From NCBI GenBank assembly GCA_964610875.1, contig CAZSWP010000008.1, positions 1 to 64,000 of the forward strand: DNA of 64,000 bases. Direction: 5' to 3'. Source of the DNA: an uncultured archaeon (GTDB lineage: Archaea > Asgardarchaeota > Thorarchaeia > Thorarchaeales > Thorarchaeaceae). Positions 1 through 8,606 of this stretch are shown in pieces (position 1 is the first letter of the stretch; each line of letters begins with the position of its first letter). The translations under genes were made by a program, and so were the position numbers. The notes under the pieces are model-generated. The model was not told the DNA's origin, made no database searches, and saw only the letters and a list, made by a program, of their open reading frames with translations.

Positions 1-200
1 CTTGACATAAACTGAGTAGCTGTAAAATCGTTTCCAGTACCATCAGCAGAAGATACAATCGCCATGTTATTAGATTGTACTTCCAAAAATTCTGAGGCTT
101 TAATGGTTGTTTCCGAATCTCTGACATCTACTGGACTAGTTGATGCTGGCATTATGACTAGTAGTAAAATCGCTATGAGCGGTACAAGGGCCCTTCTCAT
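1..200 (-). CDS. Secreted/surface protein, N-terminal part only (runs off window)
   Basis: Not in the ORF track. ATG at 200 preceded by GAGG; reads MRRALVPLIAILLLVIMPAS... (signal-peptide-like) and stays open to position 1. Confidence 0.7.
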   Translation of the reverse strand, partial: MRRALVPLIAILLLVIMPASTSPVDVRDSETTIKASEFLEVQSNNMAIVSSADGTGNDFTATQFMS

Positions 201-412
201 GTATATTCCTCGGTATTTACGCTTCCAGCTGGTCCCAATACAGAAATACTGGGTGGCGACTATTATGTCTTATTCATGCTAGGAACAATATATGCGAAGG
301 GATTTACGTGATATATAGGTATCTAGAATTCATCTGTTCGAAAAATGATGATGTTCCACTCAAGTCAAAGAGATGAATCCGTACTAATACTCACAAACAG
401 CGAAATGCTATT

Positions 413-925
413 TTACGTGTAATAGGATGGAGTTGTGTCTTCAGTCTCAGGAGGCTTAGTTCCGCCCAGTCCAGTGATATCATTCAAGATTGCAATCGCC
501 ATATCTACTCCAGAATGAACACGTCTCATGACCTGCCAGACCCTGTCATTTGTCAGTCCGTCATCATAGATTCTGTCTGACACAACAAATCCCGGTCCTT
601 GCGGTTTTGGTCCCTGCTGGCCAGGACGTGGTTGAATAAAACCAACATTGATACTTGTTTCGAATCCGTAACGTAAAAGCTGCATCTGGAAGTCCCGCAT
701 CTTCTCAGCGTTAAGGGCTTTCAAATGCTGAGGAGAGATTGCTACCTGTGACTCAAACTGTACGAAGTTCTGTTCATTAGGTTTAACGACGGTAAAGAAG
801 AATCTCATGAACTTCACTTTGAATAGAAACTCAGCTTTTGGATTGGTTATGGTCTCCACTTTTGTTCCTTCATTAGAAAACCAGTCCTTTACAAATTGCT
901 TGATTTTTTCCGAATCATCACTCAT
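413..925 (-). CDS. Conserved archaeal hypothetical protein (DUF2299-like)
   Basis: 170 aa; VKDWFSNEG N-terminus and SDRIYDDGLT motif resemble DUF2299. Confidence 0.6.
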   Translation of the reverse strand: MSDDSEKIKQFVKDWFSNEGTKVETITNPKAEFLFKVKFMRFFFTVVKPNEQNFVQFESQVAISPQHLKALNAEKMRDFQMQLLRYGFETSINVGFIQPRPGQQGPKPQGPGFVVSDRIYDDGLTNDRVWQVMRRVHSGVDMAIAILNDITGLGGTKPPETEDTTPSYYT

Positions 926-985
926 TGATTCCTTCTCCGTCTATGAAACAAAGATTTTGCTCTCACTTAATGCTTGTGCTATCAT

Positions 986-1795
986 TCATGCTTTGATGAC
1001 TTTCGGTTCGCCGTATCTGGTGGGCTGTCGGTCTGAGTAGCAGGTGATCTTTTCCCTCACTGTCTTGATCATGTGAGTATCTCCACTTTGTTTAACAACC
1101 CGTTCTTCAGTATTTGGTCTTGTCAACACCATTCCCCATGGATCAATCATTTGAGCATGTCCGAAGTATGTTTTACTATCAAAACCAAATCCAACACGAT
1201 TCGTTGCCGCTACATAGAGCTGGTTTTCAATTGCTCGTGCTTGTAACAGAATGTTCCAATGGGCTGATCTTGGGTCTGGGAAAGATGCTGGTACTACGAG
1301 AAGCTCTGCACCTGCTAGAGCGAGGCTTCTAGAGACCTCGGGAAACCTAATGTCATAGCATATTTGCAGTCCAACCTTTATTCGCCCAATATCCACAAGC
1401 ACAAGACCTTCTCCCGGTTTGAAGACATCCTTCTCCTCTTGAAAGGGATGTATCTTCCTATAGGTTGCAATAGTCTTTCCTTCTGGATTTGCCATAACCA
1501 GTGTGTTGTAGTACATATCATCAGCTGCTTCAATACCAGTAGTGATGACATATGCACTGTGTTCTTCAGCAAGTGCTTCAACAAATTCACTTGTTGGCCC
1601 TAGTACTCCAGGTCCCTCTCTCTTGAAGTCTTGTTTATTGAATCCAATGTCGAAGAGTTCTGGGAGTATGATGAAATCTACTTCTGAGTCCGAAGAATAG
1701 CGTTCCAACATCAGTCTTGCGAGACCATAGTTTTTTTTCCTGTCACCTTCATAACATACCATTTGAAGCAAAGCCACACTAAACTGCACAGACAT
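986..1795 (-). CDS. Carbon-nitrogen hydrolase (nitrilase/omega-amidase family)
   Basis: E-K-C triad motifs LPELF, YRKIH, ICYDIRFPE; ARAIENQ. Confidence 0.93.
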   Translation of the reverse strand: MSVQFSVALLQMVCYEGDRKKNYGLARLMLERYSSDSEVDFIILPELFDIGFNKQDFKREGPGVLGPTSEFVEALAEEHSAYVITTGIEAADDMYYNTLVMANPEGKTIATYRKIHPFQEEKDVFKPGEGLVLVDIGRIKVGLQICYDIRFPEVSRSLALAGAELLVVPASFPDPRSAHWNILLQARAIENQLYVAATNRVGFGFDSKTYFGHAQMIDPWGMVLTRPNTEERVVKQSGDTHMIKTVREKITCYSDRQPTRYGEPKVIKA

Positions 1796-1881
1796 CAGCT
1801 CTCAGTATTATTCTTAGGAATGACCCTACATCATAATGCTTAAGTTGTGGGCATTAAGCTTTCTAAATTGTAAAGGCTCCC

Positions 1882-2214
1882 ATGGACGTGCTATTTGTGG
1901 TCAACGAGGTCGATACAGAGCCCGATTGCAGGGCTGACATGCCCAAGACATCATACTCCAAACCGTCTGTCGGTTCTACCGGTAAGACTGGTAGTTGGCG
2001 TACTTTTGATCCAGTCATAGACCTGGAGAATTGCAGCAGATGTCGGACGTGTTGGCTTCACTGCCCAGAGGCTACTATTACTTTGGACGAAGATGGAACC
2101 CCTCACATTGATTATGATTATTGCAAGGGCTGCGGGATTTGTGCCCAAGTCTGCCCCCGCAAATGCATTGAGATGGTGAGGACAGGACAAGCAAAAGTCG
2201 AGGAGGAGGCATAA
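1882..2214 (+). CDS. porD: 2-oxoacid:ferredoxin oxidoreductase delta subunit (2x 4Fe-4S)
   Basis: KTGSWRTFDP, CxxCxxCxxxCP and IDYDYCKGCGICAQVCP; true start may be slightly downstream. Confidence 0.9.
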   Translation: MDVLFVVNEVDTEPDCRADMPKTSYSKPSVGSTGKTGSWRTFDPVIDLENCSRCRTCWLHCPEATITLDEDGTPHIDYDYCKGCGICAQVCPRKCIEMVRTGQAKVEEEA

Positions 2215-3392
2215 TGAAGACAAAGCTAATGTCTGCTAACTATGCAGCCGCCAGGTCGGTGGTATCTGCGCGAGTTGAAGTTGTAGCCGCTTACCCAATT
2301 ACTCCTGCAACAACAGTCCCTGAACAGATCGCTTTGCTGAATGAAGAGGGTGTCTATAAGGGGCAATTCATTCGTGTAGAATCAGAGCACTCAGCCATGT
2401 TTGCATGCATTGGTGCGAGCTCTACCGGAGCGAGAGCATTCACTGCAACTTCGTCAAACGGACTGCTTCTGATGGATGAGGCATTACATTGGGCTGCTGC
2501 AGCAAGACATCCTATTGTTTTAGCTAACATCAATCGTTCAGTATCTCCCAGTTGGAACATTCATGTCACTCACGATGATTCAATGAGCAAGCGAGATACT
2601 GGCTGGATTCAATTCTACATCTCAAGCGTAGATGAATTCTATCACACTATCATCCAATCATTCAAACTAGCTGAAGATGAACGGGTCTTGATGCCGGTCA
2701 TGGTGAATGCTGACGGGTTCGTACTTAGCCATACAGTTTCAACCTTTGACTATCTCGAACCTGAAGAAGTGGATCGATTTCTACCAGCTTACAAACCTCC
2801 ACACTGGGTTATGGACCCCAAAAACCCCGTGAGTCATGGAAATATCGTGTTTCCAGAATACTATCAAGAATTCCGATATGGAATGCATGAAGGAAATCGT
2901 AATGCATTGAAGGTCTACGAGGAAGTTGAGAAAGACTACAAGAAACTCTTTGGCAAGTATTTTGGTGGCCCTATTGACTGTTACAAATGTGATGATGCTG
3001 AAGTGATATTCACATCTCAAGGTTCTGTGGCTGCTGAAGCCAAGGATGCAATCGATGAACTCCGGGAAGAGGGATACAAAGTTGGGAATGCCCGGATGCG
3101 AATGGTTCGTCCATTCCCTATAGATAAAATCCGTGAACTTGGTGGCAAAGTAAAAGCATTCACAACATTAGACCGAGGTGCCTCATATGGATATGGCGGT
3201 CATATGGCAATCGATATCCGATCTGCTTTATACAGCTCAAAACATCATCCAATGGTAAAGAGCTATATCAGTGGTCTCGGCGGTAGAGACGTCACAGTGT
3301 CTGATGTGAAAGGAATGCTTCTTGATACTTACAAAGCAGTCGAGAATGGGGATATGGGTCCTGAAGAGATCTGGTACAATTTGATGGAGTGA
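2214..3392 (+). CDS. porA: 2-oxoacid:ferredoxin oxidoreductase alpha subunit
   Basis: AYPITP, VESEHSA, TATSSNGL, GLGGRD motifs; start overlaps the stop of delta. Substrate specificity not determinable. Confidence 0.92.
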   Translation: MKTKLMSANYAAARSVVSARVEVVAAYPITPATTVPEQIALLNEEGVYKGQFIRVESEHSAMFACIGASSTGARAFTATSSNGLLLMDEALHWAAAARHPIVLANINRSVSPSWNIHVTHDDSMSKRDTGWIQFYISSVDEFYHTIIQSFKLAEDERVLMPVMVNADGFVLSHTVSTFDYLEPEEVDRFLPAYKPPHWVMDPKNPVSHGNIVFPEYYQEFRYGMHEGNRNALKVYEEVEKDYKKLFGKYFGGPIDCYKCDDAEVIFTSQGSVAAEAKDAIDELREEGYKVGNARMRMVRPFPIDKIRELGGKVKAFTTLDRGASYGYGGHMAIDIRSALYSSKHHPMVKSYISGLGGRDVTVSDVKGMLLDTYKAVENGDMGPEEIWYNLME

Positions 3393-3397
3393 GAAGA

Positions 3398-4303
3398 ATG
3401 GTAGCGACTAAAGATATGCCACTAAAGGAATACGTACTCAAAGGTAACGCTGCATGTGCTGGATGTCAGGACATGGTCGCTCTTCGACATGCTCACAAGG
3501 CATTAGAGGGTGATGTGATTCAAGTTGTTCCTGCATGCTGTACTAGTGTTGTCCAATCACTCTGGCCAAAGACTGGGCTAGCTGTACCTGTATTGAACAC
3601 GGCTTTCCCAGCTGCTGCCGCGACTGCTTCTGGTGTCAAAGCTGCATTGAAAGCGAAAGGGAAAGACACTACAACCGTTATGGTCTGGGCTGGAGACGGT
3701 GGTACTTTCGATATTGGAATTCAAGCATTGAGTGGCGCTTTCGAGAGGCGTACTGATTTGCTCTATGTCTGTTATAATAACCAAGTATACAGTAATACTG
3801 GAACACAGAGGTCTGGAGCTACTCCCCTTCATGCTAAGACAACAACTACTTGGTATGGGAAGACTGAACCAGAGAAGATGCTCGATCTGATTGTTGCAGC
3901 TCATGAACCAGCTTACCAAGCAACAGCGAACACTGCGTATCCGAGAGACCTCTATGATAAATTCAGGAAAGCAAAGGAGATAGAGGGTCCAAAGTTCATT
4001 CATATCTTCCTACCATGCCCTCAAGCATGGAACTATCCTGTTGAGAAAGGCGTGGAAGTTGGAAAACTCGCCGTGGAAACTGGCTACTGGATTCAATGGC
4101 AACGTGTAGGTGATACATTTGAACTTGGTAGTGTTAGTAAGCGCTATCAGGATCCAGAGAAGCGAAAACCCATCGAAGAGTTCCTAAAACTACAGGGTCG
4201 ATTCTCACACCTCTTTAGACCAAAAAAGGATGAGAAGAAAATCCAGGAATTACAGGACTATGTACAACATCGATGGGATGTTCTAATTAGAACGTTCACT
4301 TAG
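3398..4303 (+). CDS. porB: 2-oxoacid:ferredoxin oxidoreductase beta subunit (TPP-binding)
   Basis: ACAGC, GDGGTFDIG...YNN TPP motif, PCP, QGRFSHL. Confidence 0.92.
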   Translation: MVATKDMPLKEYVLKGNAACAGCQDMVALRHAHKALEGDVIQVVPACCTSVVQSLWPKTGLAVPVLNTAFPAAAATASGVKAALKAKGKDTTTVMVWAGDGGTFDIGIQALSGAFERRTDLLYVCYNNQVYSNTGTQRSGATPLHAKTTTTWYGKTEPEKMLDLIVAAHEPAYQATANTAYPRDLYDKFRKAKEIEGPKFIHIFLPCPQAWNYPVEKGVEVGKLAVETGYWIQWQRVGDTFELGSVSKRYQDPEKRKPIEEFLKLQGRFSHLFRPKKDEKKIQELQDYVQHRWDVLIRTFT

Positions 4304-4327
4304 CACTATTGTAACATAGTATTATCT

Positions 4328-4370
4328 GGTCATGTCTATTGACATGACCTCTGTCTTTCTTTTTGTTTCT
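4328..4370 (+). terminator. Hairpin + T-rich terminator after por operon
   Basis: GGTCATGTC-TATT-GACATGACC followed by TCTTTCTTTTTGTTT. Confidence 0.6.
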
Positions 4371-4551
4371 CAATACATTTAGGATTTCATGAGTGGGATT
4401 TTTTGTCCCGTAAATCCAATGCTCAAAGGTCGCAAATAATCCGACATCACCCTTGCTAGTTCAAAGGTTACAATTACTCCAGACACGTCTTCATTTGCAC
4501 CAAGGCCATCTTTGATTGGAACAACATATTATTACATACTTCGATGCATGG

Positions 4552-6645
4552 TTACTGATACGGATTTCTTTTTCTCTTGATCTCCAAGAAAAATATTGTA
4601 ATCGAAACGGCAATTAAAATTCCAATTGATCCTACAAAAACTGGATGATATGAGGGGATTCCCGGATGGAGTCCGAGTTCATATTCCAAATAGTTAGAGT
4701 ACCCATCACCGTCTAAATCATCCAACGAATCATTAACCAAAGGATCTGTTCCATAGAGCACCTCCCAATCATCTGGTAATTGGTCTCCATCGGAATCTGC
4801 ATTGAATATATTCGTCCCGAGTTTATATTCCTCATAATTTGATAGAGTGTCATTATCAAAATCGAGTAGTGAATCATTTACCCTTGGATTTAAACCAAGA
4901 AGAATTTCACTAAGGTCATCAATCATGTCTTCATCGGTATCATTCGTGAAAGGATATGTTCCATTACGATATTCATTAAGATTCGATATTCCGTCCATGT
5001 CTGGATCATCATTTTCGTCGGAAACAAGTGGGTCTGTTTGGTTCAACGATTCCCATCCATCAGGTATTCCATCTGAGTCCGAATCTCTTACAAGCGGATG
5101 TGTTCCATATTCAAATTCTTCACTATTTGATAGACGATCAAAGTCATAGTCCTGCGAAGAATCGTCCTCTGTGGGATTTGTTCCATATTGATATTCCCAG
5201 AGGTCTGGCAAAGCGTCATTGTCAGAATCACTAGAATTGCTAAAGGTTCCTATTATTCTTTCAAGCCCATCAGATAAACCGTCCTCATCTGAATCCTCTA
5301 AGAACAGACTCGGGTCAACCCAAAACTCTTCACTGTCCTTGATTCCATTTCTATCAAAGTCTGTTTCATAGAACATCAATGATGTGAAGTTGATTCGCTC
5401 GCTGCTAGAACTTGAAAATTTTAACCTAAAAAGCCCTGACATTTCAGTTTCAGTGAAGAGTATGGATACATCATCTCCGATTTCTTCATCACTATGATAG
5501 GAATCTAGAACCTCACTACTTGGAGAATAGAGCGTCGCTTCAATAGGTCCACCCTCCCAACTCAGTTTCACTTTCAATAATGAATTAGTTGTAGATGGTA
5601 TGTAGAGTTTCTTTTCCATGTCAGGATATATTATACCTTCAACTTCACTCTTCACGGGCAATCCCTGCTGTCTTGCCATTGTCAAAGCCATACTAGCACC
5701 AATGGCTGCAACTCCCTCTGCAGCAATATTGTAATTGTAGAGTTCATTGTCCCAGGTATCTGTCGGTTGGTGATATGCAGTATCAATTCCCCATCCCGAT
5801 TCTGCCATATACATTACATTCTCATAGCCTTCGTTGATGAAAGACCATTGATCAGAACGTTTCCATCCATTTCCAAATGCACTACTACTCAACGGTGTTA
5901 TGTAATCGTGACCATGATTGCAACTCATGGCTCTTGTTAACTCAGCGTAACGAATTGTAGCAGCATTATGAACAGTCCATATCTTTTCGTCGTTCTCAGC
6001 TTCTGGATCGGCTACAAGGAGCATATCTACGTTGTAATATGCCAAGATGTCAACATTTCTAATCCGCAGATATTCTGCATATTCTCCACTACCAAGTAAT
6101 CCCAGTTCTTCGCTATTCCATGCACAGAAATAAATGTCAAGGGGCCAATGGTAAGAGGACATCACTCGTGCCAACTCAAGAACAGTTGCGACTCCTGATG
6201 CATCATCATTTGCACCTGGGGCATTCCGCACGCTATCATAATGACCTCCTACCATGAGTATTGGTGCATTATCTCCAATATATCCAGGTAGCTTACCAAT
6301 CACCGATCTGTAATTTCCAAAAATAGTGACATCTATTTTTCCCTCAGATACGGTTTCCAAATAATCTGTTATCCATTCTCTCGCCTTAATATTGGCATCA
6401 CTGAATGATGGTTGGTAGGTTGTCCATCTCGATCCATTCTCTGTCAGTTTTCTAATCAGACTTTGATAATTGTTCAGTGACACCTCGTCAAATATTTCTG
6501 AAGATATATCCTGACCATAGATGAGATTGGTTACTGGTAGAGTTGTTTCACTCCGAGTAACAATAGAATCTGGCGCCTGGAATGAATGATTTGGAATAAC
6601 CAGTATAATGACTATGATGAATCCAACTAAGGCCTCTTTCTTCAT
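4552..6645 (-). CDS. Membrane-anchored M28 aminopeptidase with Ca-binding DxDxDG repeats
   Basis: Signal peptide; GHYDS, GANDDASG, EELG, NVDM, YHQPTD M28 motifs; about ten DSDxDGxxDxxE..GTxP repeats; C-terminal TM helix plus basic tail. Confidence 0.88.
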   Translation of the reverse strand: MKKEALVGFIIVIILVIPNHSFQAPDSIVTRSETTLPVTNLIYGQDISSEIFDEVSLNNYQSLIRKLTENGSRWTTYQPSFSDANIKAREWITDYLETVSEGKIDVTIFGNYRSVIGKLPGYIGDNAPILMVGGHYDSVRNAPGANDDASGVATVLELARVMSSYHWPLDIYFCAWNSEELGLLGSGEYAEYLRIRNVDILAYYNVDMLLVADPEAENDEKIWTVHNAATIRYAELTRAMSCNHGHDYITPLSSSAFGNGWKRSDQWSFINEGYENVMYMAESGWGIDTAYHQPTDTWDNELYNYNIAAEGVAAIGASMALTMARQQGLPVKSEVEGIIYPDMEKKLYIPSTTNSLLKVKLSWEGGPIEATLYSPSSEVLDSYHSDEEIGDDVSILFTETEMSGLFRLKFSSSSSERINFTSLMFYETDFDRNGIKDSEEFWVDPSLFLEDSDEDGLSDGLERIIGTFSNSSDSDNDALPDLWEYQYGTNPTEDDSSQDYDFDRLSNSEEFEYGTHPLVRDSDSDGIPDGWESLNQTDPLVSDENDDPDMDGISNLNEYRNGTYPFTNDTDEDMIDDLSEILLGLNPRVNDSLLDFDNDTLSNYEEYKLGTNIFNADSDGDQLPDDWEVLYGTDPLVNDSLDDLDGDGYSNYLEYELGLHPGIPSYHPVFVGSIGILIAVSITIFFLEIKRKRNPYQ

Positions 6646-6751
6646 ATATTCTCCTTGTTTTTAATTACAATTTAATCTACGGATTTATGCTATCAACAAA
6701 AATCGATATTGCTAACAGTAAAAAGGGTAATCGTCTTAGAAGAATGTACCG

Positions 6752-8026
6752 ATGCCTCTTCAAGATATGCCCTTTACACTTCAGATAAAAGATCCATTAC
6801 ATGGCTACATAGACCTGACGAATTTGGAGCAGAAGATTGTAGATTTACGAATGATGCAAAGGATTCGTAACATTAGATATCCGGCAGGTGCACATTATGT
6901 GTATCCTGGTGTCGAAACATCACTTATGGGAAGAGCGCTTGGAATTCTTCATGTGACTAGGATTTTTATCGAGTACTTGGGTGGTAGCCTCGAAGAGGTC
7001 GAAAAGGCTCGATTAGCATCAATTCTCCTATTGGCTCAATATGGTCCCTTTAGCAATGTTATGTCAGAATACCTTACAACTAGAGGGTTTGATAGGAAAA
7101 CAGTTGCAACAATTCTTCTAGATCATTCAGAACTATCTGATATTATCAATGATAGTGAATACTCCATGTCAGAAGTCAGTGACTTAGTAGAAAAGGGAAC
7201 ACCAATCAAAGGTATTCGTGTTGACCTGACAACTACCCCCATAAATCCTGAGCATGTGGACAACCTTGAGAGAGACTCATATTTTGCTGGAGTTGAATAC
7301 GCACAACTAGAATTTAGGCGTCTATTCAGTTCTACAAGAATCGCCAAGAATAAGATGGCTTTTGATAGGAATGCATTGTTCACCCTTGATTCATATCTCT
7401 CTGCATCTCTGAACATGTTTGATGCACTCTATTATCATAAAACAGTAAGAGCCACTGAACTCATGCTATTAAGAATTTTAGATGAGATTGGTTCAGAACT
7501 CATTCCTCTACCCTCAGAGAAACTGGATGATTATTTGATATATGATGACCTGACTCTTCATGATACTCTGATGCACATAGAACCCGATGCATCTGATTCG
7601 ATGAAGAACGCAAATCGTCTTTTCATGGACTATAGGAAGCGTATTCTCATAAAGCGAGTGAGTGAACGATCTATAGGGGACAAGTCTTTCCTTGACAAAC
7701 TCAGGACGCCAGATGGTCTTTTCAACCTAGAATCTGAAATCGCAGAAGATGCTGGAATTGATCCTTCCAATGTGTATATTGATTATCCCAATAGACACTC
7801 AGTGAGTTATTATCCTGGTAAACATTCTCTGGATGATTTGGTGCTATTTGAGCGAGGTTCAAGAGGATATGAATTCTGGCGAATTGAGGAACTAAGCGGC
7901 ATTGCCCGTAGTTTTGGTCGTGATTTGAAGAGTATACGTGTCTATACCACACGTGGATACCGTTCTCGTTTGAAAAAATACGCAGACGCGCTCCTAGAAA
8001 GTGTAGATGGTCTCGGTGAGACGTGA
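6752..8026 (+). CDS. HD-superfamily dNTP triphosphohydrolase (SAMHD1-like) homolog, catalytic residues degenerate
   Basis: IKDPLHGYI, MQRIRNI, YVYPG, GPFS, RDSYFAGV, YYHKTVRA scaffold present; metal-binding H, HD and H positions substituted. Confidence 0.8.
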   Translation: MPLQDMPFTLQIKDPLHGYIDLTNLEQKIVDLRMMQRIRNIRYPAGAHYVYPGVETSLMGRALGILHVTRIFIEYLGGSLEEVEKARLASILLLAQYGPFSNVMSEYLTTRGFDRKTVATILLDHSELSDIINDSEYSMSEVSDLVEKGTPIKGIRVDLTTTPINPEHVDNLERDSYFAGVEYAQLEFRRLFSSTRIAKNKMAFDRNALFTLDSYLSASLNMFDALYYHKTVRATELMLLRILDEIGSELIPLPSEKLDDYLIYDDLTLHDTLMHIEPDASDSMKNANRLFMDYRKRILIKRVSERSIGDKSFLDKLRTPDGLFNLESEIAEDAGIDPSNVYIDYPNRHSVSYYPGKHSLDDLVLFERGSRGYEFWRIEELSGIARSFGRDLKSIRVYTTRGYRSRLKKYADALLESVDGLGET

Positions 8027-8093
8027 ATATCAACTATTGCGATATACTCCCATTCATAAGTATCGAAAGGAATCAACTATCTCGGTTGAAACC

Positions 8094-8543
8094 ATGTCAA
8101 AATCAACAGATGTGAATATATTCGACGATTTAATGAAGGACCCAAACATCGCCATGATTATCGTTGGAGCCCTTGTTTGGTTGGTTGGTCCATATATCCC
8201 CCTATTAGGCCCCATAATTACTACGGCCGGTTTTATACTCACCATTATTGCATGTGCTACTAATGCGGCAAACAGACCTGAACATGCATCTATTCCTGGA
8301 ATGATTATTGGTAGCATTGTTTACATCATAGGTCTCTATCTCTCTTGGATTCCCTTTGTTGGGTATGCTGTACAAGTATTTGGAGGGGTGCTGCTACTTT
8401 TCTTTGGAACTTCTTTTGCACTAAAAGTTGGGCTCGGACCTGTATTGGAGGAAATTCGTAAGCAAGCCTCACGTGAGAAAGAAGAAACAACAATAGATGT
8501 TGAGCCTGAAGATGTATCAGAGCGTGAAACACAATTTGAATAG
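8094..8543 (+). CDS. Small 4-TM membrane protein
   Basis: Four hydrophobic segments in two similar pairs, acidic tail; ATG at 8094 preferred over the overlapping 8007 start. Confidence 0.7.
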   Translation: MSKSTDVNIFDDLMKDPNIAMIIVGALVWLVGPYIPLLGPIITTAGFILTIIACATNAANRPEHASIPGMIIGSIVYIIGLYLSWIPFVGYAVQVFGGVLLLFFGTSFALKVGLGPVLEEIRKQASREKEETTIDVEPEDVSERETQFE

Positions 8544-8606
8544 TTAATCCCTGCTATTAAGTTTCATAAGTAATGTTTGTGCAGAATATAGCAGAAGAAA
8601 AAACTG

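Noticed and set aside
4700-5300. Repeat region as CRISPR or DNA tandem repeat
   Set aside because: The repeats are degenerate at DNA level and encode protein Ca-binding motifs; no CRISPR array or cas gene was seen anywhere in the window.
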